From the NCBI GenBank assembly GCA_963710605.1, contig CAVQBA010000004.1, positions 32,001 through 96,000 of the forward strand: a stretch of DNA of 64,000 bases, in the 5' to 3' direction. Positions 19,534-28,752 of the stretch are shown piece after piece. The notes beneath the pieces were generated by a model that was not told where the DNA came from, ran no database searches, and saw only the letters and a list, made by a program, of their open reading frames with translations. Position 1 is the stretch's first letter, and every line of letters starts with the position of its first letter. The DNA comes from an uncultured cyanobacterium. Lineage in GTDB: Bacteria; Cyanobacteriota; Cyanobacteriia; Cyanobacteriales; Cyanobacteriaceae. Both the position numbers and the translations under genes were made by a program.

Positions 19534-21505
19534 ATGTCTGAACAGAATAATTTATCCCTTTCCCAGACAGGAGATACATTAAAAGCGAGAGAAGAAGCAT
19601 CTTCTGAAAAAACATCCTATAAAAGACTCAAAGAATTAGCCCAAAGTGAAGATAAAGAGACTCGTCGCCTAGTCACGGCAAATAACAAAACCTCAGTTAA
19701 GGCGTTAACTCAAAAAATATTATTTCAGTTAGTACAAGAATTTCCCGAAGAGTTTTTACGCAATACTAACCTCCAATCTTGGCTCGATTATCTAGATTAT
19801 GAAGTTTTATATTCTAAAATTCCTTTTGAATCCTTACAAAGTTTGCTTAAAAATCCAAATGTGCCAATAAATTTAATTGAGTGGACGATAGAGAACAACA
19901 AAAATAATCTATATCAAGCTATTGTAGAAAACCCTTCAGTTAGTAAATCGACATTAAATATTCTGGAAGAAAAATGCCAAGAAGAATCAATCATTAAAGC
20001 AATTCATTTACACAGTAATTGGCAAGAAAAAGATAAAAATTTATACTTTGAGTTTTTGCAACAAAATTTACTCAATTTAGATGTGCATACATATAAATGG
20101 TATCAATTAAGAAAAATATTTGATGAAGATAAGATTGATGTTTCAATATTTTTAAATTGGTCATATATTAATTTAGAAAATGCTAATTTAGAAGGTGCTA
20201 ATTTAGACGGTGCTAATTTAGAAGGTGCTAATTTAAAAGATGCTAATTTAGAAGATGTTCATTTAGTAGGTGCTAATCTAAACGGTGCTAATCTAAACGG
20301 TGTTCATTTAGTAGGTGCTGATTTAAAAAATGCCAATCTAAACGGTGCTTATCTAACAGGTGCTAATTTATTAAGAAATACTAATTATCTCTTCAAAACT
20401 ACTCGACTAGAAGGTGCTGATTTAGAAAATGCCAATCTAAGAGGTGCTAATCTAACAGGTGCTAATTTAATAGATGCTAATCTAAAAAGTGCTGATTTAA
20501 AAAGTGCTGATTTAGACGATGCTGATTTAAAAAGTGCTGATTTAGACGGTGCTAATTTAAAAGGTGCTAATCTAAACGGTGCTAATTTAGAAAGTGCTAA
20601 TCTAACAGGTGCCAATTTAATAGTTGCTAGTCTAAGATGGGCTAATTTAGAAGGTGCTAATTTAGAAGGTGCTGATTTAGAAGGTACTAATTTAGAAGGT
20701 GCTGATTTAAAAGGTACTAATCTAAACGGTGCTAATCTAAAAAGTGCTGATTTAGACGGTGCTAATTTAGAAGGTGCTAATTTAGAAGGTGCTGATTTAA
20801 AAGGTGCTGATTTTTATTTAAAAAGTGCTAATCTGAAGAGGTGCTAATTTAAGAGGTGCTGATTTAAAAGGTGCTGATTTAAAAGGTGCTGATTTAAAAG
20901 GTGCTGATTTAAAAGGTGTTGATTTAAAAGGTGCTGATTTAAAAGGTGCTGATTTAGAAGGTACTAATCTAAACGGTGCTAATCTAAACGGTGCTAATCT
21001 AAACGGTGCTAATTTAGAAGATGCTGATTTAGAAGGTACTAATCTAAAAAGTGCTAATCTAAAAAGTGCTAATCTAAAAAGTGCTAATCTAAAAAGTGCT
21101 AATTTAGAAGATGCTAATTTAGAAGATGCTGATTTAGAAGATGCTGATTTAGACGGTGCTAATTTAGACGGTGCTAATTTAGTAGGTGCTGATTTAGACG
21201 GTACTGATTTAGACGTTGCTTATTTAATAGATAAAGATGAATTGGATAATATAGTTGAGGAGATAGAATCGATCGCTGGTGAAATTCAAGAGTATTATGA
21301 TAGGGGCTCTTATGATTATATAGATGAAGGGCTTGAGCCTAGTGATGTTCGAGATGAAGTTGATGAGCTTAAAGACAAGCTAACAACACTTCAAGATGAA
21401 CTATTGGACAAAATTTCAGTATTAAAAAACATAGATTCAGACACATACAAATATTATGATGATTATAGTTTTAAATACGAATACTTTGAAGGAGCATTAG
21501 AGTAG
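19534..21505 (+). CDS. HEAT/LRV-repeat N-terminus + ~70 pentapeptide repeats + acidic C-terminal domain; one gene with a +1 frameshift near 20835
   Basis: RLKELAQSEDKETRRLV, KNPNVP and ENPSVS LRV-like motifs; A(N/D)Lxx repeats; the frame from 20840 is open into ORF 21242-21505. Confidence 0.82.
20167..21226 (+). repeat. 15-bp coding tandem repeat (GGTGCT(A/G)AT(T/C)TA(G/A)A(A/C))n
   Basis: Directly visible; encodes the pentapeptide repeats. Confidence 0.95.
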
Positions 21506-21525
21506 TAATCAAATACATCTATACA

Positions 21526-22662
21526 ATGGAAATAATTGCTGTCGGTAGTGCAGAAAACAAAAGAATCAAGTTATTTAAAGAAGCCATAAATAAACGAAAT
21601 CTTACCCTCAAAAATCTCATTACCTACGATCGAATTATCGATAATCCTAGCTTAATCAATCAATTCATCGACAAGAATACGATTATTCGCTTTGACTCTC
21701 CTGAGAGAAATTTTGACATTCAAAAGAAAATAATAGAAGTTGGTTATAATCCTCATAATAACAGTAAAAATAAACAAATATCTCCTAAACAATTAAACAA
21801 CTTTCCTTTTATTAAAGGAGAAATTCGCTACCCAAAACAATTTTTTCAAGGATGGCAAAAACTACTTAAACTATGGGGTGATAACTTACAAATCAAAAGT
21901 TTTAATCATCCTTATGATATAGCTAAAATGTTTGATAAAACTTACTGTAACAATCTTTTTGCTCAGAATAAATTACCCGTTGCCCAATCATTAGGAAACA
22001 TAACTTGCTATGAAGAATTAAAAGAAACGATGTATCAGCAAGGTTACCAAAAAGTCTTTATCAAATTAGCTCATGGTTCATCAGGTTCAGGAGTTGTTGC
22101 TTATAATTTAGGTGAATATAATCAACCTGAATCTGCCATTACTACCGTCGATATAAGAAGAAGAAAAAACGATATTAAGCTATTTAATTCTCGCCAAATT
22201 AAAACCTATAAGAATAAACAAAATATCAAAGATATAATTAATTATCTTTGTGCAGAAGAAGTACAAGTAGAAGAATGGTTACCGAAAGCTAAATTAGGTG
22301 ATTACCCCTTCGATTTAAGAATTGTAGTGATTAACGGAGAACCACAACATACTGTGGTTAGACTTGGTACAAGGGGAATAATTACTAACTTACATTTATT
22401 AAACAAAAGAGGAAATTTAGAAGATTTTTTAAATAAAGTTCACCCGAAACAATGGGAAAAAATGCAAGAAACTTGTGTAAAAGCATTATCTTTATTTCCG
22501 AATAGTTTGTATGCTGGAGTTGATTTATTAGTTTATCCAGACTTTAAGCAACACGCTATTTTAGAAATTAATGCTTTCGGAGATTTATTACCCAACTTAT
22601 ACTGGCAAGGAATGGACACTTATACTAGTGAATTAGTGAGTTTGCAAAAACTTTATTGTTAA
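21526..22662 (+). CDS. STM4014-like ATP-grasp protein
   Basis: IIRFDSP, MFDK, VFIKLAHGSSGSGV, VEEWLPK, DLRIVV, ITNLHL, YAGVDLL, LEINAFGDLLP. Confidence 0.85.
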   Translation: MEIIAVGSAENKRIKLFKEAINKRNLTLKNLITYDRIIDNPSLINQFIDKNTIIRFDSPERNFDIQKKIIEVGYNPHNNSKNKQISPKQLNNFPFIKGEIRYPKQFFQGWQKLLKLWGDNLQIKSFNHPYDIAKMFDKTYCNNLFAQNKLPVAQSLGNITCYEELKETMYQQGYQKVFIKLAHGSSGSGVVAYNLGEYNQPESAITTVDIRRRKNDIKLFNSRQIKTYKNKQNIKDIINYLCAEEVQVEEWLPKAKLGDYPFDLRIVVINGEPQHTVVRLGTRGIITNLHLLNKRGNLEDFLNKVHPKQWEKMQETCVKALSLFPNSLYAGVDLLVYPDFKQHAILEINAFGDLLPNLYWQGMDTYTSELVSLQKLYC

Positions 22663-22714
22663 TATCAAAAGTTAGTAAAAATCAAAAATGAACAAATAAA
22701 GTAGGTGTATATAA

Positions 22715-23518
22715 ATGTTTAATATGAATAATATTGTAGGTAAATATGACATTTTATTTATAACCTTAGATACTTTAAGATATGATGTTGCAGTCAAACT
22801 ATATCAATCAGGAAAAACTCCCAACTTAAATAAAATATTACCCCCTACAGGTTGGGAGAAAAGACACACTTGTGGTAACTTTACTTATACTGCTCATCAT
22901 GGCTTTTTCGCTGGTTTTTTACCTACCCCTATCACTGATGCTATTCATTCTCGTCTCTTTGCATTAAACTTTCAAGGAAGTACAACAACCACAGAAAATA
23001 CTTGTATTTTAGAAGGAGAAAATATAGTAGAAGGACTAGCCAAAAAAAATTATCGTACTGTGTGTATTGGCGGGGTAGGATTCTTTAATAAAGCAACCTC
23101 TTTAAGTTGTGTATTTCCCAATTTTTTTCAAGAAAGCTACTGGGATAAAAGTTTAGGAGTAACAGATATAAATTCTACTCACAATCAAGTTAATTTAGCT
23201 TTAAATATCATTAACAAAACACCTTTATATCAACGATTATTTTTATTTATTAACATCTCAGCTTTACATCAACCAAATTACTTTTACTTAAATCCAGATA
23301 GAGAAGATAAAAAAGATTCTCTCCAATCCCATGCCGCCGCATTAGAATATATAGATAAGGAATTATTACCTCTATGGCAAACATTAAAGGAAAGACATCC
23401 TACTTTTGTTATTTTAACTTCAGATCATGGTACAGCTTACGGTGAAGATAATTATCACGGTCACCGCTGTGGACATTCTATCGTGTGGACAGTTCCTTAT
23501 GCTAAATTTATTTTATAA
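22715..23518 (+). CDS. STM4013/SEN3800-like hydrolase (alkaline phosphatase/sulfatase superfamily)
   Basis: DILFITLDTLRYDVA, GNFTYTAH, ALHQPN, TSDHGTAYGED, GHR. Confidence 0.85.
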   Translation: MFNMNNIVGKYDILFITLDTLRYDVAVKLYQSGKTPNLNKILPPTGWEKRHTCGNFTYTAHHGFFAGFLPTPITDAIHSRLFALNFQGSTTTTENTCILEGENIVEGLAKKNYRTVCIGGVGFFNKATSLSCVFPNFFQESYWDKSLGVTDINSTHNQVNLALNIINKTPLYQRLFLFINISALHQPNYFYLNPDREDKKDSLQSHAAALEYIDKELLPLWQTLKERHPTFVILTSDHGTAYGEDNYHGHRCGHSIVWTVPYAKFIL

Positions 23519-23529
23519 AATTTTGGTTC

Positions 23530-24872
23530 ATGAATTCATTGACAATTGATAATAAGCAAACTATAACAGAATTATTAGAAGATTCACCTTATCGGACTTA
23601 TGTTTATTCTTATCCCCATAAAACAGCCTATCGTAGCCTTAATCCTCCTTTAAAATTAAAAGATATTTGGGCAGAGGAACAAAAAGATGCTTTATTTTTA
23701 TATTTCCATATCCCTTTTTGTGAAATGCGATGTGGTTTCTGTAATTTATTTACTACTGTCAGTAATAATCAAGAATTATTTAATCAATACATTAATCAAT
23801 TACAAAATCAGGCTAAAGTAGTTAAAGAAAAATTAGGAGATATATCTTTTTCTCGTTTTGCTTTAGGAGGAGGAACACCAACTCAATTATCTTTTACTCA
23901 ATTGGAAAAAACTTTCAATATAGCAGAAAATATTTTCAATCTAGATTTACAAACTATTCCTTCATCAGTTGAAGTATCCCCAGAAACAGCAACTAAAGAT
24001 AAACTTCTTTTACTTAAACAAAAAGGAATCAAAAGAATTAGCATTGGTATTCAAAGTTTAATTGATGATGAAGTTTTAGCCATTCAGAGAAGACAAAATA
24101 GTAAGCAAGTAAAGCAAATTTTAGAATTAATTAAAAGTTATAATTTTCCTATTTTAAATATTGACCTAATTTATGGATTACCCAATCAAACTATTCATTC
24201 ATGGTTACAATCATTAGAAATAACTATTAGTTTTGAGCCAGAAGAAATTTATCTTTATCCTCTTTATGTTCGTCCTCTAACAGGGATAGATAAAACAAAT
24301 AAAGAATGGGATGATATTCGTCTTGATTGTTACCGACAAGGAAAACAATTTTTATTAGCTAACGGTTATGAGCAAGTATCGATGCGAATGTTTCGTTTAT
24401 CCTCTAATCAAGTAAAAAATGAGCCTGTTTATTGCTGTCAATCTGATGGTATGATTGGCATAGGATGTGGAGCTAGATTTATACTCGCCGAGTTCACTAT
24501 TCTAATGATTATGCTGTTAACGATAGAAATATTATTAGTATTATTAATAACTATCTTAACAATCAAAAAGAAGAATTTACTTTCACTAATTATGGTTTTA
24601 TTCTTAATCAAGACGAACAAAAACGACGTTATTTATTAATCTCCTTATTATCGGCAGAAGGATTGAATATTAATTTATATAAACAGATATTTAATAGCGA
24701 TATATGGAAAGACTTACCAACCCTTAAAAATTTCATAAACCATAAACTAATTTACCTTGAAAATAATATATTAAGATTGTCAAACTTAGGCTTAGAAAAG
24801 TCAGATACGATTGGATTTTATTTGTTTTCTCCTCAGGTTATCTCGTTGATGAATAATTATGAGTTAAAATAA
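23530..24872 (+). CDS. STM4012-like HemN-type radical SAM protein (frameshift near 24478 joins ORFs 23530-24639 and 24663-24872)
   Basis: YVYSYPHKTAYR, LYFHIPFCEMRCGFC (CxxxCxxC), GGGTPT, NIDLIYGLP, YLYPLYVRP; the shifted frame reads YTRRVHYSNDYAV...DEQKRRYLL. Confidence 0.87.
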
Positions 24873-24892
24873 TAGTGATTTTTTTTGTCAAG

Positions 24893-25747
24893 ATGAAATT
24901 AACAATTCTTTATCGGGGTTCACTATCAAGTTGTAACTATGGTTGTGAATATTGTCCCTTTGCCAAACAACAGCAATCAGCTCTAGAATTAGCTCAAGAT
25001 AAGCAAGAAGTAAAAAAATTTATTAATTGGATTGAAAGTAACACTGACTATGAAATGACTATTTTCTTTACTCCTTGGGGAGAAGCACTAATTCATTCTT
25101 GGTATCAAAAAGCATTAATCAAACTATCCCAAGTAAATCATCTTGATAAGGTAACGATTCAGACAAACCTATCTTGCCCTGTTGATTGGGTTGAACAATG
25201 TAATCCAGAAAAAGTAGCTTTATGGACGACTTTTCATCCTCAATGGAGTAATTTGGAGCAGTTTATCGAAAAATGTATTTTTCTCGAAAACAAAAAGATT
25301 AAATTTAGTGTTGGTGTTGTCGGTTTTCCCCATTTTATACCCATCATTAAACAATTGAGAGAAAAGTTAACGGATGACATTTATTTATGGATTAATGCAG
25401 TCAAAAAACAACTACCTCAAATGTCAGCAAAAGAATTAAATTTTTTTGCCAAAATTGATCCTTTATTTGAGCTTAACACTAATCATTATCAATCATTAAA
25501 TCGATTCTGTCGAACTGGTGCTTCAGTTATTTCTGTTGATGGTGATGGGGTAATAAAAAGATGTCATTTTATTCAAAAACCATTAGGAAATATTTACACT
25601 GATGATTTACAGTATATATTAAAAGAGAGGGTTTGTACTAATCAAGCTTGTCATTGCCATATTGGTTATGTCCATTTAGATTATTTAAAGTTAGAAAAAA
25701 TATATGGCGATTGCATAATTGAAAGAATCCCCTTGAATTATCCTTAA
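24893..25747 (+). CDS. STM4011-like radical SAM protein with Cys-rich SPASM/twitch-like C-terminus
   Basis: ILYRGSLSSCNYGCEYCPFAK, FFTPWGEAL, IQTNLS, CRTG..DGVIKRCHF..CHCHIGY. Confidence 0.87.
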   Translation: MKLTILYRGSLSSCNYGCEYCPFAKQQQSALELAQDKQEVKKFINWIESNTDYEMTIFFTPWGEALIHSWYQKALIKLSQVNHLDKVTIQTNLSCPVDWVEQCNPEKVALWTTFHPQWSNLEQFIEKCIFLENKKIKFSVGVVGFPHFIPIIKQLREKLTDDIYLWINAVKKQLPQMSAKELNFFAKIDPLFELNTNHYQSLNRFCRTGASVISVDGDGVIKRCHFIQKPLGNIYTDDLQYILKERVCTNQACHCHIGYVHLDYLKLEKIYGDCIIERIPLNYP

Positions 25748-25771
25748 AATCTTGTAATTAAAATTATATTA

Positions 25772-26881
25772 ATGACTTCTCCTGAAAATTTACAAATTTT
25801 GTCAGAGTGTGTTAACACCTCATCACCAAGCGTTACTCGTTTAATGGCTTTAACCCATCCAAATCTTCCTTTAGAAGGCTTAATAAATTGTTCGGATTCT
25901 ATTGCATGGGAAGAAAGACACGCTGTAGCCAATCATCCTAATACCCCTAAATCAGTTTTAAAAAAATTAAAACAGGATGTTAATTCTTTAGTGATTGAAG
26001 CGGCAACTCAAAATTGGCAAAATCGTTTTACGGAAAACGAAGAAGAAGAAGGTAATAAATTAACTCATAAAATAGAAAATTTTGACGAAAATAATAGTCT
26101 AGATATAGATAATAATGATATAGATCAAAATCAAAGTGAAAATCAAGAACAACTTAATAATAATGAATTTGATCAAGAATTAAGTAAATTATTAGCTATA
26201 CAAAAAGAAAATAAATATAAACCTACATGGGTTTATTCAAATCTAAAAAATGATTTTACTTTAACTTATCCAAATCTTAAAAAAATTGCTAAGGCTTTGG
26301 ATTATAAAGAAGGATGGGCGTATTATAAATATATTGAAATTTGCCGAGACAAAATAACTAATTCATCTAACCATGAAGAAAAATTAGAATTTATTAATAA
26401 CTTCATTAATGCACATCCAGAATTTGCTGATTTATATATTATCAGAGCTGATTTATATCAAGAGAATAATCAATACAATGAATCATATGAAGATTATACT
26501 AATGCAATAAAATTAAAAAATGACAAGACTGAATATTATCAAAAAAGAGCTAACTTGTGTTTATTAATAAACAAACAGGAACAAGGCATTGAAGATTGTT
26601 ATCAAATTTTAGATTTATATGATAAAGAAGATAATAAATCGAAGAAAAAGCAAGAAGCGATCGACAAATGTTTAAGCCTACTCGATAAATTTAATCAATA
26701 TCCGCATATAACTAGGGATAATATTATCGATAATGCTCAACTTGAAATAGGTGACTGGGTTACAGAAATCAATTATGCCCAAATAATAGCAAAGAATAAA
26801 GAATCAATGACTCTTAAATCTTTACTTGGTAATGAGAAAAAAATAATATTTAATGAAACAGAATCAAATTATTTATTCTAG
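25772..26881 (+). CDS. LRV/HEAT-repeat + YKxxW motif + TPR protein
   Basis: WEERHAVANHPNTPKSVLKKLKQDVNSLVIEAA; YKPTWVY and YKEGWAYY; TPR-like LYIIRADLY...DYTNAIKL, YYQKRANL. Confidence 0.65.
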   Translation: MTSPENLQILSECVNTSSPSVTRLMALTHPNLPLEGLINCSDSIAWEERHAVANHPNTPKSVLKKLKQDVNSLVIEAATQNWQNRFTENEEEEGNKLTHKIENFDENNSLDIDNNDIDQNQSENQEQLNNNEFDQELSKLLAIQKENKYKPTWVYSNLKNDFTLTYPNLKKIAKALDYKEGWAYYKYIEICRDKITNSSNHEEKLEFINNFINAHPEFADLYIIRADLYQENNQYNESYEDYTNAIKLKNDKTEYYQKRANLCLLINKQEQGIEDCYQILDLYDKEDNKSKKKQEAIDKCLSLLDKFNQYPHITRDNIIDNAQLEIGDWVTEINYAQIIAKNKESMTLKSLLGNEKKIIFNETESNYLF

Positions 26882-27314
26882 CAGTTTATACTCTAAAGAA
26901 TCAGAAATTTGTATAGAAGAACTAGGTAATTTACTACAGCAAAAAAACAACATTATAACCTTAGCTATAACCTGTAAAAAAGAGTTTTCCCAATCATTAT
27001 TAAAGCAGAGCATTTGGGATCATATTTTACCATCTTTAAAAAATAAAAATGACGATAATAAAGAATTAGAAACAATTAAACAAATTATTGATGAAACTAT
27101 ACATGAAATAGTAAACGTAAGTAATGAAACCATTATCGGTTGTATTTTTAAAAATTATTTTTCAGAACAAAAAGTTAAGATAATTACTATTAATCATGTA
27201 AGAAAAGAGCGAAAATTACTCACTATAAATTATGAATCAATTGAGAGTATAGTATTTCAAAATATTAAGTATAATATTAGAAAATTAAAAAAAGCTATCT
27301 TGAAACCTGTTTGA
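26853..27314 (+). CDS. Hypothetical protein
   Basis: 153-aa ORF overlapping the previous gene's end; no family recognised; could be a frameshifted continuation. Confidence 0.45.
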   Translation: MKQNQIIYSSSLYSKESEICIEELGNLLQQKNNIITLAITCKKEFSQSLLKQSIWDHILPSLKNKNDDNKELETIKQIIDETIHEIVNVSNETIIGCIFKNYFSEQKVKIITINHVRKERKLLTINYESIESIVFQNIKYNIRKLKKAILKPV

Positions 27315-27594
27315 AGAGTCTTAATAAACTCCAGAAAAAAATATGACTCAATTATCCTGTAGAATTACTTGTTATTTCCACAAACCATTTTGGTAACTCA
27401 GGTAGTCTATATTGTCTATGAAATATAAAGATTGACGTTCTGATTAACTGTAGTTTAGACTTAATAACTCTGCTTTAGACTAATTTAAAACCTCAAACTC
27501 GAAATTGAGAATAAATCATTAACTTAATTTATTTGATTAATCATCGTCTAAAGCAAGTAATATTAATAATTATATAACAGTATTTAATGCAATC

Positions 27595-27712
27595 TATAGC
27601 GTTTATTAAAAACATGAGTTACAGTTTGTTTTTACTACCATTGCGAGAATGGCTATTCCCCATTCCCTCACTTCGATAATTGGTGTACCTCATCTTAATC
27701 AGAATTGCTATA
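27595..27712. repeat. Family A-like element with shared ends but a different interior
   Basis: TATAGCGTTT...GTACCTCAT...TTGCTATA termini resemble copies 2-4. Confidence 0.5.
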
Positions 27713-27785
27713 TATAGTTTCGTAAGAGTTTAAAACCAGAAAAAACAAGCTAAACTCTTGAAAAAATAACAATAATGAAAATAGA

Positions 27786-28634
27786 ATGGAAATACAACAA
27801 ATTAAAATTTTATTGCAACTATTAAAACAAAATGATTATCAAGGAAAGATAGGAGAAATTAAACCGAATAGTAAAACAACAATTAGCGTTACTGAAAAAC
27901 TTTGTTATCAATTATATGATAGAGAATTAATTGAAATCACAGAAAAAAATCAGACAATTATTTGTAATAAAAAATCAGATCAAGTAATAAATAACGATCG
28001 ATATAATCAATTAGAACAAAAAATACTACAACAATGTCAGAATAAAAAAGTAAAAATTTCTACAATAAAAATTACTCCTGCCAGTAAACGAGACTTATTG
28101 ATAGAAAAATTAGCGAAAGAAAAGTTAATTACTATTACTGATAAAAAAATTACTCATGTTAAATTAGTAGAAAAAGGTCAACAATTTTTAGCCGAAGAAC
28201 TATTAGTAGAAGGATTAAGTAATGTTACTTTATTTAAACCATTATTAAATGATTATTTAACCTTTATTCGTAATTATTTTCAAGCTAAAAATAAACATAT
28301 ACTATATTCAAGTAAAATTTTAAATAAAACAGAAGAAAAAGAAAATATTGAGCATGATAAACCTATTAACTCTGATGATGTTTTACAAGTAATAAAAAAA
28401 CTAGATCAACAATTAAATACAGATAATTATTTACCAATTTTTCATCTGAGAAACTATTATCAACAGTTTTTATCAAGACAAGAACTAGACAATATAATAT
28501 TTACATTACAGAAAAAAAATAAAATATCTCTTAGTCGCCTCGTTGATGCCTCTCAATATACAGCAGAAGAATATCAAGCAGGCATTCCCCAAAGTATCGG
28601 TTATCCGATTTTCTATTTAATAGTTAAGGAATGA
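27786..28634 (+). CDS. RcaD-like cyanobacterial protein (probably winged-helix)
   Basis: C-terminal DDVLQVIKKLDQQLNTDNYLPIFHLR..LSRQELD..ISLS..AGIPQ..IFYLIV matches my recollection of proteins annotated RcaD; followed by an ATPase gene. Confidence 0.6.
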   Translation: MEIQQIKILLQLLKQNDYQGKIGEIKPNSKTTISVTEKLCYQLYDRELIEITEKNQTIICNKKSDQVINNDRYNQLEQKILQQCQNKKVKISTIKITPASKRDLLIEKLAKEKLITITDKKITHVKLVEKGQQFLAEELLVEGLSNVTLFKPLLNDYLTFIRNYFQAKNKHILYSSKILNKTEEKENIEHDKPINSDDVLQVIKKLDQQLNTDNYLPIFHLRNYYQQFLSRQELDNIIFTLQKKNKISLSRLVDASQYTAEEYQAGIPQSIGYPIFYLIVKE

Positions 28635-28752
28635 GCGAAGCTTTAGTTAGAATTTTTTTGTTAATAAGCAGGAAAACTATTTGAGAGCAAAGACTAGCAA
28701 TTTTTTTCATTCACTCGTAGTCAAGTAAAATTTAATATCTTCAATCACAAAA

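Noticed and set aside
20167-21226. Possible CRISPR array
   Set aside because: Contiguous 15-bp coding repeats without unique spacers; no cas genes in the window.
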